Source: Chrysomallon squamiferum (taxonomy: Eukaryota > Animalia > Mollusca). From it: a stretch of 64,000 nucleotides of DNA. Position 1 is the first letter of the stretch, and the number at the start of each line of letters is the position of its first letter. Positions 39,201-53,344 of this stretch are shown here, in pieces. The stretch is from the NCBI GenBank assembly GCA_012295275.1, contig CM022671.1:4960001-5024000 (forward strand), written 5' to 3'. Both the position numbers and the translations under genes were made by a program. The notes under the pieces were generated by a model. The model searched no databases, was not told where the DNA came from, and saw only the letters and a list, made by a program, of their open reading frames with translations.

Positions 39201-42200
39201 CTTTCTGTTGGATGTTTGACAGATAAACTCGTGCATGAAAACTAACAGAGGTTTTTCTTCTGTATGAAACAATTTTTAAGGTAAAAATTTTACATCTCAC
39301 AACAATTTTTGCCTTCAGATTAAAATCACCACCATCCAGTGAGACTTTAAATTTGAACATTATCAAAAGTTAAGGGGATATGCTCAGCAAAAAATGACAA
39401 AATTTGAAACTTAAAAAAATTGTTCCTGAGATTTTGAAATGACCATTTACAAAGATTATTCAGCTTTCTATTCAAGCAAGTTAATAAGTTCAAATGAACT
39501 TTATTATTTTCTGAGTTACCTGTCACTGAAATTTACACAATCTAGTCAGATTCTGCATTTATTTCTGAGTTTTATTTTCAATACAAGTTTTTCAAAACCT
39601 CCATGAAATTTGAGATTCTGGATATCATTGGAAAGCTCCACTTTCGCAGTGGGAACAATGTTCTAAAAATGGATACAAACTATCAAAATACTCCTTCATT
39701 TAATGTTTCCTCTCCTTCTGAGAATATGAGAGAAAAATTAAGATAGTGTTGCCTATCGATTGGTCATATGATGTCACATGACTTGTTTCAGCATTCTGAT
39801 TGATTATCAGTATTTCTGGAGACATTGTTTACATCCATTCATTGATTTTCTTCCCCATGCATAGTGTTGAGATATAACTTCAAAATCATGGAGACTTATC
39901 GTGGATAGACCAGTTCAAAACATAAATTTAGGAAGTGGAAGCTATATCGCAAACAACAATTAGTCTGCACAAAAAACATTGAAGAAAACATGAGCGACTA
40001 CTGAAACAAGCAAGGTCATTGAGGAAATGGAATCGGTGGCTACAGAAGATCAGCCAGCACCAGGACTTCCCCTTCATCAGCTTTCAAAAGAAAATTGGAA
40101 CATGTTTTGTAAATCAAAGATGAAGATCCAGATCCAGATCATTGTCATTTGTTACTGATGACAGCTGTCTTTTTGTGCAGTTGACATGTCTTGTCTGAAA
40201 AAAACATGTTGAAAATTCAGACTCCTCATGTAATGGATCATTACCTTTTGTCACTATCAGACCAAGAACTACATCATGATCATTGTCCAAAGAGTCTTTC
40301 CAGAGGGTGTTTTTTTTTTTTTTTTTTTTTTTCCCAGCAACCATGCTGAAAATGTGGGAACACCACTGTCAAAGGAAGTTGGGCAATTTAAGCCAGTCCA
40401 CATTTGACTTGGTGATGAAAATCTGTTTTGTTGATGTCTGATAGGGAAAACCAAAAGACACTTTGAGGGAAAATTAAGAGTGGACAGTGGGGTGACAGTG
40501 AGTGAATTTAATGGAGTCTGTGACAAAAAAAGTGTTAGCAATATAGCAGCAGCACTGGGTTTACAAAAGTGGGTGGAGCTGCTTTGAAACTTTGATTCAA
40601 AGGATTCTGAACAAATCCACATGATAGAAAGAAAATATCTTGTAATCCAAAAAAGACATGGAACTGTCACTTTCTAGAAATACCTGCCAATGATGAACCC
40701 CAGCAGTTTGGTTTGGGTGGGAGAGGTTCATGAAATTGGGTACTAAAATGCAAAAAAAAAAAAGTACCATTTGTTATAAAACAAATAACCAGGTACTAGT
40801 ATTTTATAGTAACAAATGCAGATTGTTTCCACCAAGTTTCAATTCTATAACATAAAAAAAATCATGAGTTTGGTTTTTTGCCTAGCTTGTCCCCTTAAAT
40901 GAAAAATGTGCAGCTAGTTCACTATATTGAAACATGAAATCCAGACGAGATGATTCTTTATTAATTAATTAAATATTTATTAATATGAAATGTTGCTGTA
41001 ACCTTGAAACTTTCCCAACATGATTTGTATATATCATGCTAAGAGAAGTATTTATTACAGCTAATGGTTTAGTAGAAAAAAAGAAAAAAAAATTCGGGCA
41101 TGTCACCTCTTTTATATTACAGTAGTGATTTAAAATTTAAAACTGTCCAGCCATCATGGTCCATTGTTATTTACATTTTTTTTTCTCTCCCCATCTGAGC
41201 ATACAGGAAAATAAAATCTTTAGTCATATTAATGATAAAATGGGATGATACAAATTCCTGTATTAAACATCAATCTGTCTTCTTTCTGTTACATTTTGGG
41301 TTGTATTTGTTCCTCATTTAACCTTATTCCTTTTTTTTCTGTCAGATGTTTGACAGATAAACTCGTGCATGAAAACTAACAGAGGTTTTTCTTCTGTGTT
41401 GCAATTTCTAAGTTACAAATTTTATATTTCTTAATGGTTGCTGCTTTCAGATTAAAATCACCACCATCCTCCAGTAAGAATTTAAATTTCAACATTATGA
41501 TTATCAAAATTCCACTTAAGATAAAGTGAAAAATATACAAATGGCCTAACGCCAGTAACATTAATCCAGATAAAATTATTCTATTCTTTATAATTCTGTG
41601 GTATTTTATCAGTTTAACTGTTGATACAAGATACACCAGACTCCAGTGTATTACAAATCAAATTTTGCTAGTAATCTGGAACCATGAGGTGTTACTGGAT
41701 TTTATTATTATTATTTTTTTTTTTTTTTGTTGTTGTTGTTGCATTGTTTGCTGCTGCTGCTGTAAAATGAAATTAAATAAATCCTGTGTGAAATCTACTA
41801 GAGGTTTTTCTTTGTTGGACATGTCCTCTTTTCTGATCTTCATTATATTTGCAGCAGATGTGATTACCAATGTCATTTTCACCAAGTTATTAAAATAACA
41901 ATGTTACAGTGTCTAAAACAACAATATGAATAGTCCAATGCTACTGATACAGTTGAATGTGAATTTCACTGTTTGATGTCACTATTCTCATTTGTAATTA
42001 TTACTGAACCATATCTCTGGGAGTGTTGTCCCATGCCATTTTCATCCATCTACAATTTCAATAACTGGATACTTTAAGTTTACCAGTTTTGTAAATGATT
42101 TGATGTCTTCTGCCATCCACTTTTCTGTCTTGTTGCATTTGAATGGCTTGTTAAAGCAAACATCCAATGGCTGTAAGAAAAACATTGTTTGCATAGGAAT

Positions 42201-43749
42201 TTCTGCTTCATGTGTGTTCATTTGTCTTGTTTTCTTTTTAATGTTGCCAATTAAATGGTGCCAAAACATACCCAACAAGTAGTTTTCTTAAAAAGACCCC
42301 AGGTCTGTCATCTTGCATGTATTTCAGGCACTGGTTCAGCTTGTAAAATTCAGTAAACATTTTTTTAAAGTTATAAATTATTATTTAAAGATACAAATGA
42401 ATATAAATCTGATGTTGATTGTTTTTTCCCCTCTTCTTGGAATCAGATGCAAGTCAGCATCTCTGTCCTTTCCCCCCCCCCCATAATATTTTGATGCTTC
42501 TAAGCTAAAAGATAAAATTTGCATAGTTCAGGCTTGTTTTATAAATATAGATACAGTGATTTCCTTGAACACTGCTTTGGCCGTGTAACTTATTTTCTTG
42601 CATTTCTTGCTAATGTATATGTGTATATCAAAAAGCTTGTAAGCGGTTCATTTAATTCTCAAACATTTTTATTTACAAACTCTGTCATTAGAAATTGAAT
42701 TTTTTTTTTAATACCAAAATTCACAATGTAGAATTGGAAACATCAGTAAAATATCTTTTTAAAATGCTGTGGTCGTTTCCTTAGGTACAGGGGTGGATTT
42801 TTTTTTTTTAGATACTAACAGCCCAAATAGATTTGCTAAGTATGGAAGGAGGGAAACACCAGGCCGGGGACGAGACACTCATGATACTGGTCGACGCCCT
42901 ACACCCCAGAAGTCCAGAGCTTTCGGGGATAAGAGGCCACGATCAAGAGGCTATTTTAATGATCGACAAAGAGAAGAGGTAAAGTGCTTTTGGATATTTC
43001 AGTTGTTGAAAGATAAAGTTAATGATTTGTTTTATATTGCTTATTGCTTGATTTGGTTGGGCTGTTTATATATTTTTTTTATTTTTTTTGGAGGATGAGT
43101 TGGGAATTGTTTTTGTTTTTTTTTTTTTTCAAGTAAATAATATATATGTGGATACAAGAAATATAAAATATTTATGTCACACTACTTTTATAATCACAGT
43201 CTTAATGGATGCCATCTGGTATTTTGGTCCAAGTTTACTAAAGGGAGATGATGAGAACATAATTAAAATAAAGGGACATGATTAGGAAATGAAGGGATAT
43301 TTCACAACATCCTGAAATAATTGTATGTCAGCATGGATGTTCCTTCATTTCTTCTTCTACAGTGAAACTTGAAATGAAATACAACAAAAATAATAAAACT
43401 AATTTTTGTAATTAATTCTTAAGATGATTGTTATATTGAAATGGAAGTTGATTATATTGAAATGGAAGTTGAAAAGTTAAGTTATTTTTTTTTCTAAACA
43501 TTTATTGTTGTTGCTAAATGATATCATGAATTAAACCTCATATTTACTATGTAAATATTATTTAAGATCATTTATATGTTTAGTTATATACCAGTCATAA
43601 AAAGTATATATTAATCACCAAGTTACCTCTGTGTATGTGTGTACTCGTCTTAAAAATGTGAATTTCATTATTAACATTAACTAAATTATTTTTAACTTTT
43701 CTAAAAAAAAAAAAAAAAATTTTTTTTTTATGTTTATGTTTATGTTTAT

Positions 43750-43792
<43 letters not shown>

Positions 43793-46700
43793 ATTACAGA
43801 TAGTAGATGTTTCATGCCCAGAGTTGGGCTCAGCTTTATTTATTGGTTCGAAGAAAGCAAACTTTAATCATTTGCTTAACTTCACGTTTACGGAGAGGGA
43901 GGTTCCACAGAGGGGTTATTCTCTTGGAGGTGGCAGAAAACAGCGCTACAGTGCCAGAGTTTGGTACAACAAAGAAAGCTTCCTTCAAGCAAAGTAAGAT
44001 AAAAATCTCTATCAAATACTTGATCTTTGTTTTTTTGTTACAAGAATTTTAATGCTAAGTCACATGGACAGATATGCACAGAGTGAGCAGTCATTTCCAT
44101 GTGTTACATTATTATTATAATTATTGTTACTGTCACTGTTTTTAATTATTATATTAAAATATAGCTGAGTAAAACCTGCAGACTGATCAGTCCATATAAT
44201 CAAATATAATGAAAACAATATCAAAATTTGAGAAATAAAAACAGTTTTAATGTGAAAGTGCCACATCTTTAATGTTAATCTAAAATGTTTGACTAAGACT
44301 AAAGTGATGACGAATGTTTTTTGTTACTCTTCCAGCTATCAGTTTGTGGTGAGAGATTTAGGTGACTATGTTGTTCATTCTATTGATGCTGACAAGCTTG
44401 TGGACTGGGATCTCATAGAACAAGTTGTGAGTCTGCTTTGTTTTTAAGACCGTTGATAAATGTTGAATTTCTTTTCTTTTTTTATTTATTTATTTATTTA
44501 TTTAATTTTGTATTGAAAAACATTTTTTACAAACTTCAGAAATTTTTATATTATGTTACTTTTAAAAAATCTGACACTCAATAGCCATTCTGTATTTTGT
44601 ACTGGGATGTCATTAAAAAGTTATTGTAATCAGAAAAGCAAAAAGTTATTGTAAACAGAAAAGCATTGTAGAACATGCATACATAGATAAGCATTTGCAA
44701 GCAGTAGTTTTTTGTTATTTTTTTTCACTTTCTTTTAATTTATTTCCTGTTATAATTTATTTTATTATTATTATTATTATTATCATTATTATTATTATCA
44801 AAGTTAGAGCTGTATCATAATATTCTGTTTATATTTAATTCAGAGAACCACGAGTCCAGAAATCCCATCTTGTCCAATTTGTTTACAGATACCTCAAGCA
44901 GGTGAGTTATTGTTTGCTGGTATAAATTAAATACTTGTTTTCATTATCTAGGTTTTATCACTTTTCTTACAGTCATACTAATTTTAAAAAAATAAAAAAA
45001 TAATAAAAGATTAATCATTATTTTAATAAAATCCAGAAAAGGATATTTTATGCCAAATATTATGGATATATTTTTGTTTTCAGTTTTAGTTTTAATATTT
45101 TTGTTTGTGGATTTCAGCCAAAATAACTCGCTGTGGTCACATCTATTGCTGGGCTTGTATTCTACATTATCTGGCTTTGGGTGAGAAAACCTGGAGAAAA
45201 TGTCCAATATGCTATGAAGCAGTTCATAGAAAAGATCTAAAGAGGTAAATAATGAGTATTGTGTGTTTGTGTGTATAATCCAAGTTGTTGGCATTATGTT
45301 ATGTTTACATTATCTTTGAAATGTAAATATCTGTAGGCCTATACAGAAATGATTTTCTATTCATGTTGGACATTTGCTTTTGTTGTTGTTATTTTCTCCT
45401 TATTTACTTGGTTTTCCTAAGGATGTGTAAATTAAACAAGTATTTCAAGATTCATTGAAAAACAAGTTATCTGTAGATGACCTAAAATGTATAGATGTAT
45501 TCAAACAATACTTACCTTTTTATATTTACTTTTCTGACCCAAAATTTAGAAATTTAAACAATAATTTTGTGAAGAAAATAATAATAATAATAAAAATAAT
45601 AATTAATTTGTCCTGTTTTATAATCATTACCTGAAATCATTAATTAAAATGTAAAATTTGTTTAGTGTGATGACGAGAACTGTACATCAGTTCAGACCTG
45701 GAGAGGAGATAACCATGAAGCTGATGAAGAGAGAGAAAGGAACTACTTACTCTGTGCCAAAATCACAGTGGGAGAAAAGAGAGGGAAAACCACATGGTGT
45801 TGAAGGTAATTTCACTGTTTACTTCTTTACAATTTCCTATATATATATATATATATATAAAAACCAAAAAAAAACAGAAGCTGAAAACAGGAAAGAGGGT
45901 GGATATTCTTTGAGAAGCAGATAGGTACAGTATCAATCCATTTGTAATATTTATATTTCTGATGTATTTATGTCTGCTGTATTGTTGAATGTACAGCATT
46001 ACCTAATGACTAATTTTTAAACAGTTGTTTGTTGATTATTTTATTCAGATGGAGACAACACTAAGTACATGAAAATAGTGGTAGCTTCTGTAAATGAGAT
46101 AAAAGATTTGATAATAGAGCCTGAGAAGAGAAGTTTACATAATCAACTAAAACAGGCAGAGACATCTGAAGTCTGTTTCATAGAAGGAGCCTTGATCATG
46201 CTCAAGGTATTTATTTTCATTTTGTGTTATTAACAATGTTAGTTATTAACAAATATGGTGAAATTAAACATTTCTTTTAAAATTTTAAAAATATATGATC
46301 ATAACATATACAGATTAAAGATATTTTTAAAAAGCATGAATAATAGCAATATTGGCTTAGTTAGCATTAATCCAGTTGACAAATTATGAAGTTGAAGTAT
46401 TTGTACTAAAACATTTAAAATGTGCAGTATGAACACATTAAATGATAAACGTGTTTTTTTAAGTAGCATGATTTATTTTAGGAACGAGAGGAATCATTGA
46501 GCAGTGAAGTTGTAACATCCAGTAAGAGAGAGAAGATGGAGCAGTCTAAAACAAACACTTATGTCCCTGAACAGATTACATCTGCTGTTAAACCTGGCTT
46601 TTCTTGTGATGGTACACGAGTAAGTAAACCAGTTACTTTACATATTTTCTTTTGTTTATGTATATGTTTATATTTTAATAATGGTACAGAATGGAACAGT

Positions 46701-49700
46701 TACAGAATAGAGAAAAATGTTTTTGTTTTATTGACTTCAGCAAGCATAACAATATCTTTTTATTTATATTTTTTTGTCTTTATTATACAGTTTAGAAATT
46801 ATAAATATGGGGAAGGAATTTTTTATTCAGTTTCTCAAGATAAACAGTACTTTTATTCTGTATCTTTGTTGCTTTTCACATTTTTTTTTTTTTTTGTTAA
46901 TTCAGAAGATTATTGAATATGCCTCAGCATTTTCTGATGAAGAGTGTGAGAAAGAATTCAGTGAAAGTTCAAATGCTAGTCCTTCACTTTCATCAGTTTC
47001 TGACATTGATGTCTTTGATGAAGGGGCTGATTCCACTCAGGAATCTGCCTCTGTACCTATTCCTGGATCATCAGCTGACAGTTCACTGGATAATCCAGCT
47101 GGATCACCTGAAAACCCATTTGCAACCTCCTCCTTGCAGCAGAATCTAACTGAAGAGGACACGATGCCCACTGACGAAGCAGCAGCTCACCTCGAGTTGC
47201 CAACAGAAACACCACCAAAACACAGCAACAGACACCACAGTGTTAGAAAAGATGCTTTTTATTATTACCAGTGTAAGTTCCCTTTGTAGTCATCTTTTAA
47301 AAATGTAATATTTAAGTGTGTGTTGGAAGTAAGTTTCATTTTAATGAAATTTATTTTCTAGTACATTAAATTTGTTTCATTTTGACATTTATTTATTTTG
47401 CTGTATTTTTTTATTATTTTTATTTTTTTTTTTTATTTTTTTTGTAAATGGTTATTTTTTTTTTTTTATATAGTTTGTTATTGTATTTTATCAGATAAAA
47501 TTTTGTTTCATAATACAAAAAAGAGAAAGATCCAGCTCATTTTTTTTTTGTATATGTTGTAACAGCGAGTGATGGACAACACATCTACATGCATGCTCTG
47601 AACGCTCGGTGCATGGTTAAAGAATATGGAAGTCTAGAGGACTGTCCACAGACTGTAACAGCTACCATTGTTGCCATGGAGAGCATATTTATGACTGAGG
47701 CAAGTAAAATAAATTAATTTTCTTTGCTTATTTTAGTGAAGGATGATGTAAGAATACTAAATCATTTTTATCACCTACATAATTAATCTAGATGTAAATG
47801 GTCTTGTGTAGTAAATGTTAACTTGTATGTTCTCACATATTACATAATATTTATTATTTCATAGTGTACTTCCTTAACGAAAATTTGAAAATTATTGTAT
47901 TTGAATTAATAAAGATTTTTAACTTTTAAATGTTAGCTTGTAAATATTATTCTTTCATCTGGTAATGAGTAAAAACTAAATTTATTTTAACTGCATACAT
48001 TTATAAAATTTTGAGTGTATATTGTATCGTTCCCAGGATCTGAGAAAACGACTGCGATATCTGAACCATCTACCGCTGACTTGCGAGTTTCAAGTTGCTG
48101 AGCTTGCACTGAAACCACCTATAATATCTAAGGAAACACTGAAGATATTTTCTGGTGAGTTGCACATTCTTTTCAGATCAGGGATAGTTCTAGAGGTCTC
48201 TCTTGGCAGGGGAATAGCATATGGCAAAATTTTATTTAAAATTGTAGCGAACAATTTGGTACTGCCAGTCTGTTTTTTGATATTTTTTACCCTTTTTTTG
48301 AAGGCACTGTCAATTTAGTAATATATGCTCTGAATTCTTGTATTTGTAATAAAAAGTATTTTGTCCATAAAATGAATTTCTTAAATGTTTTTCACAGAAG
48401 TTGAAATCATTTGCTAAAGAAATGTAAAAAATTTGTATTCATTCTGGAAATGATCCTTAGTTTCAATATTTGGTTTTTATTTTATTTTTTTTAATTTTTT
48501 TTTAATATAGATGAAATAGAAAAGCGTCGCAGACTGAGACAGAAGAAACTGAGAGACGAGAAGAAGAGATCTAAGAGAATTGATGCTGAGGAAAAAGAGA
48601 AATTTGGATTATGTAAGTGTTTAGTGATACTGCAAATATGATTGAGCAGGCTTTATCAGACTGTAGTGTAAGAGTATACCTGAAACTTTATTCTTCTTTT
48701 TTTCTCTTCTTGGTGTATAATGCAAGCTAAGAAACTCCACTTAATTATTATGTTAAAAACTTGTAACATTACTTGAATTCTAATATTTAATTTACTTGTG
48801 TTTATTGTTTTCATATTTCTGTGTGTATGTGTGTTACAGATTGAGTTAGGGAGATATTAAATTAAAGGAGGTTTTTTTTTTTCTTGTGATTTCAAAACTT
48901 TATTTCCAAACATCTGGTCTATAATTTTAGTTAAGAAACATTCATTTTAATGAAAAATGTATATTTATGACAAGTGTTTGCTTCTTAGATTTGTGTTATT
49001 CATGTTAAATATTTCATATTTCCAGAGTGTATGTTAGTGTGAAACTTACTGAAGGTGTTTTTCTTGATTAGTTGCAGGGTTGTCTGTACCTCTGAACAAC
49101 CCAGCCCAGTTTCCTGTGACGACAATTGTACCTAGTGACATGTATGCAACAGCATCTACTGCCAGTGAATCACCAACCTCCAGTAATCCTACAGGTAAGA
49201 TTATCTTTAATATTTGAAAATATTAATTATATCCATTAAAAAAAAATTTTTTTTTTTTTTTTTAAGAAAGATTGTCTTAAAAGTATTATTTATTATATCA
49301 AAACACATAAATTAAAAATAAAAAATGTATTTTATTATTATATTTTTTACGGTTTTGAAAATGTATTTTAATAAATTACTTCTTTTGCTAGGAGGTCCAA
49401 ATGAAAACACTGGTGAAAATTCTAGTTCTGTCAGTGAAAGTTCTTTATCATTTGCTCAGGTAATTTTTCTGTCTCTTAAAAGATACTGTTCTTAGAGACG
49501 TAGTTATTACTTAAATTACTTACTCAAAATGTACACCAATGATTATCATTTTAAACAACTTCAGTTCCTCTTTTCACATCCTCAGGTGTGTGCACAAATT
49601 CCTTTTTCTTTTTATATATATATATTTTTTTTTTTCCTATTTGTTTTTTTTGTTTTTTTACTAATAAAGGAGTGTTTAGAAAAATAAGTTAATTTATTTG

Positions 49701-50656
49701 TTGTAGATGTTGAAGGCTGGCAAGTGTAAGCCATGTGCATGGGGTAAGCCAGCTGAGGCCACACCTGCTAGTGTGGAGAAGCCACCCACCAGAGCGAGGG
49801 AAGGGGAGGGCAGTGATGATGAAGACAATGTCCCAGTCCCTCAGTTCCAGGAATCATTTAGCAGTGCCCTGTCAGCTGCGCTGGATAACCTGAATCTACC
49901 TAGAGGTTTGATTTTTCTCTAATTTTATTTCCTTCAGTACATTAAGGTTAATATTATTAATTATTTAAATAATTGCATTAAACAGGATTTGTACGCATCC
50001 TTGAAAATCTATAAAGTAATTAAATTTGAAAATTTACAGTTGTGTTATGAGTAATATAGCATAAAGGGATTATTAAAATGATCTTGATCTAACTAAACTT
50101 TCCCAGCATACTGTTTTGTTGATGAATTTGATTGGTCTGTTTATAATGGCTGAACCAATGGTTGTGCATCTTGTAACATCTCTGCAGTTATCTGATTACA
50201 GAAAAAACAATTGTTTTTTTAATAATCTCAGTTCTGGTTCACCCAGCAGCTGAACATATAGAAAGTTGTTTGATATTTCAAAGTGACACTTACTGAAATA
50301 AATAATATGAAATTGTTAACAATGATTTGTAAATTCTTGCTGTAAAGAGGTTGTTTTAGCAACAGCAATGTGGAATGGAAACTCTTTGAATTTCAGTGTA
50401 ATCATTTTGTTAATTATTTATTTATACAGCATAAAGTTATAAATAGTTGGTTTCCTCTTGTTAACATGGAATTTTAAAGTCTGTACATTTTACTTGCTCA
50501 TCATAATGTTATATAATTAACATGAATAATTATCTCACCAATATCTTACCAATTATTTTACAGAACAATAAATATAGAATGACAAAATAGGTATGGACCA
50601 TGTAAAATCTATTTTTTCTATAATATTTTACCATTTTAAAACTCAAGCATATTTTA

Positions 50657-50716
<60 letters not shown>

Positions 50717-50930
50717 ATATATATGTATTTGTATGCCACTATCAGTAAGCCGAGTTCACCTTAGCTACCAGTTCTGTTGTTAGTCCAGTAGGATACTGAT
50801 ATTTTTGTTGTAATAGTACTGAGATTTAAATAAATGTTATTTCAGATGATCAAGCTAAACCTCAGAGCAGCAAGAAGAAGAAAAAAAACAACAGTTACTG
50901 TTCACCACAGCAATGACTCGTGGGAAATGA
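36207..50930 (+). CDS. RNF10: E3 ubiquitin-protein ligase RNF10 (RING finger protein 10), 17 coding exons
   Basis: Exons 36207-36300, 42812-42978, 43800-43993, 44336-44426, 44844-44901, 45118-45244, 45666-45805, 46049-46206, 46482-46619, 46906-47272, 47566-47699, 48037-48154, 48511-48612, 49072(or 49078)-49194, 49392-49459, 49707-49905 and 50846-50930. Hallmarks: [24 protein letters not shown]3HC4 [74 protein letters not shown] and C-terminal LLFTT (which needs one extra A in the run at 50881-50888). Confidence 0.95.
38655..41500 (+). repeat. Dispersed ~150-bp cassette, three full copies plus one partial, in RNF10 intron 1
   Basis: An identical 53-nt core lies at 39035, 39211 and 41345, each followed ~50 nt later by ttcagattaaaatcacca. 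A partial copy lies at ~38660-38730. Confidence 0.9.
39374..40894. mobile_element. Kolobok-like DNA transposon (degenerate, non-autonomous) in RNF10 intron 1
   Basis: Left end TTAA|GGGGATATGCTCAGCAAAAAA and right end TTTTTTGCCTAGCTTGTCCCC|TTAA form imperfect terminal inverted repeats with a TTAA target duplication and purine-purine termini, as in Kolobok (piggyBac ends start with CC). No intact ORF inside. Confidence 0.7.
41830..42320 (-). mobile_element. pogo/Tigger-family DDE transposase remnant
   Basis: The minus-strand ORF 42042-42278 contains [13 protein letters not shown]...[11 protein letters not shown], the DDE_1 'LQPLDV..NKPFK' motif. It is truncated and disrupted. Confidence 0.8.
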
Positions 50931-53033
50931 GAGTTAATCTGTATAAACTGCATTGATAGCTTTACCTGTAAGCATTTCCACTGTGTCTGTTTATGTTGCA
51001 GCATTTTGACATGTTGTTTCCGCTCTTAGGTATGCAGTAACAACTTTCAACTCTAGAGGTTTTCATTGCAAATTATCGGCATTATCCTAGAATATAATGG
51101 ATGCAATCTTTGATACAGACTGACAATATTTAAAATATTTTTGCTTCAAAGCATTTAGATGTATACTGACAATATTTAAAATCATTTTTGTTTCATTGTA
51201 TTTAGTTGCATACTGCCAATATCTAAAATCATTTTTGTTTCAGTAGACTTCTTCTTGTAAACATCCATAATGTTATTAATGATACATTTTACTACTGCCA
51301 GTGTATGCTTTATGAAGTTCAGATATCTTTTACACATCTTAATATATATGCTAAAATGATTATTTACCAACCATGTGATTGGAATTAGTATTTATTCCTT
51401 TAACATGTGTCATAGTAATGCACACCCTATTCAGGTTTTAGATTAGTTTATTTTTTATATCATTAAATTATTCAGCTAATTAAAAACATGCTTAAATAAA
51501 ATAACACTTAACATTAATATTTTGAAACGGTAAAATAAGTATTGTTTTCATCTGCTGATTAAGTACTTAAATGTGAATGTGCTTAGCTGATTGTTAGTAT
51601 GCAGTAATAAAGAATATTAATAATGTATAAGTTTATTTTCTGTATAATGTTTATGATAACAAATTAAAAAGGATTTCAATGAAGTGAACGAAGTAAAATT
51701 AAAAAGTTAATAAGGATTAATTTGCTTGAATCCTAATTCCATGGATTCTGAAATACTTCTGATTTTTTTTGTGGGTTTTAATAAATATTTTTCAGTTGCA
51801 TGTGGAATGTACTGTTTGGTATTCCTCAGTTGTTTTTTTTTTTTTTTGTTTTTTTTTTTTTTTTTTTTGTTTTTCCATAAATGGTACAGTTTCTGGCTGT
51901 TAATACATACTAAGTTTTGAATTTATTTCATTTATTATTAAAATGTTACTTTCAAATTGCTGTAAACAATTTGTTGATCTTTGACAAATCATTAAGAAAA
52001 TGGAAAACAATGAGTGTTTATCTTTAGATCTAAAATGTTACTGACAGTTTTATTTAAATTATATATATATATATATAAACACCAGTTTTGTATATTATAA
52101 TTAATATTATGCATTGCCTTAGTTATACATTTTAATTCATCTATTACTATACATATTTTATTTATATTGACAACATTTATTGTGATCATAACTGATTAAA
52201 AATAAATGTAGATAATTATTATAGTTAAACAAAACAAAAAATCTATATATATATATGTAAAAAAGAATATACTGTTGTTGCTTTTTTCAACCCTTGTTGA
52301 AGATGTATATTCTGTTAATCATAATACAATTTTAATTTGAATGTTGAACTAATCTCCAGATTTGCTTTTGTTGTACTATTTTCTTATGTTTATTTATGTT
52401 TTGATGTAATAATGCAACTAATAAAATTCTGTTTGGTGGAGGTGGTGAATGCAACTAATCTTCATTTGCACTTAAGTGAGAATCACCTTCTAGTCTGGTA
52501 AATGTTGACTTTTGGGTGTTTTAATTTGGTTACCAAAATTATTTTATTATTTTTTTTTTTCTTTTTTCAGTAGTTTCCTGTTTTATTGTAAATTAAATAG
52601 TGCAGTATATTGCTTTTTGGTTTTGAAATGGCTAATATTAGTTCATTTAAATTTTGAAAACAATAGAAAACATGATTTAATTTCATTGGAAGCATGTTTT
52701 ATTATTATTATTATTATTTTTTTTTTTTTTTTTTTTTTTTCTTTTTGTTTCCAACATTTATTCCTTAAAATTAGGATAAAGGAAACTGCCATGTTTCTAG
52801 CAGATTTAAAATGTGTAATCACCATTCCCCGTGTTTGCGTTTGTTTGGGGTTTTAGTTGTTAGATGGCCCACGTACTGGGATACTGGAATTGCTAATGAC
52901 CTACTGCTTGATTGAAAAGTTTTAAATTACAATAATTACATCGGGTGAATTGGAAAACTGTTCATTTGTTTGAAGGATTAAAATTGTCAAGTATTTCTGT
53001 TGTAGTTTGTTCTCTCTTGTGCATGCGTGTGTC

Positions 53034-53068
<35 letters not shown>

Positions 53069-53344
53069 CTTTATTTAGCATGACTTGATAACTTCATATG
53101 TCCTGCTGGAGACTGAAGTTTGTTAATTACATGCCCTAATTAAAAACTTCCAGCTGTCCACATGTTGATGAAGATAAACTATTTGATCCTTAGTGTGAGA
53201 TGTCTCAAAGTTTTCCTGACCCTGTATTGGTGCTACTGTTTTAGACTTGATTTAAAAAAAATATATAAATTAAAAAAAAAATAACGCAAAGAAAAGTTTG
53301 GCTATATAAATAGATACACACACACACACACACACACATACATA

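Noticed and set aside
45508-45520. ATACTTACCT, the U1 snRNA 5' end
   Set aside because: The following sequence is T-rich intron with no U1 body.
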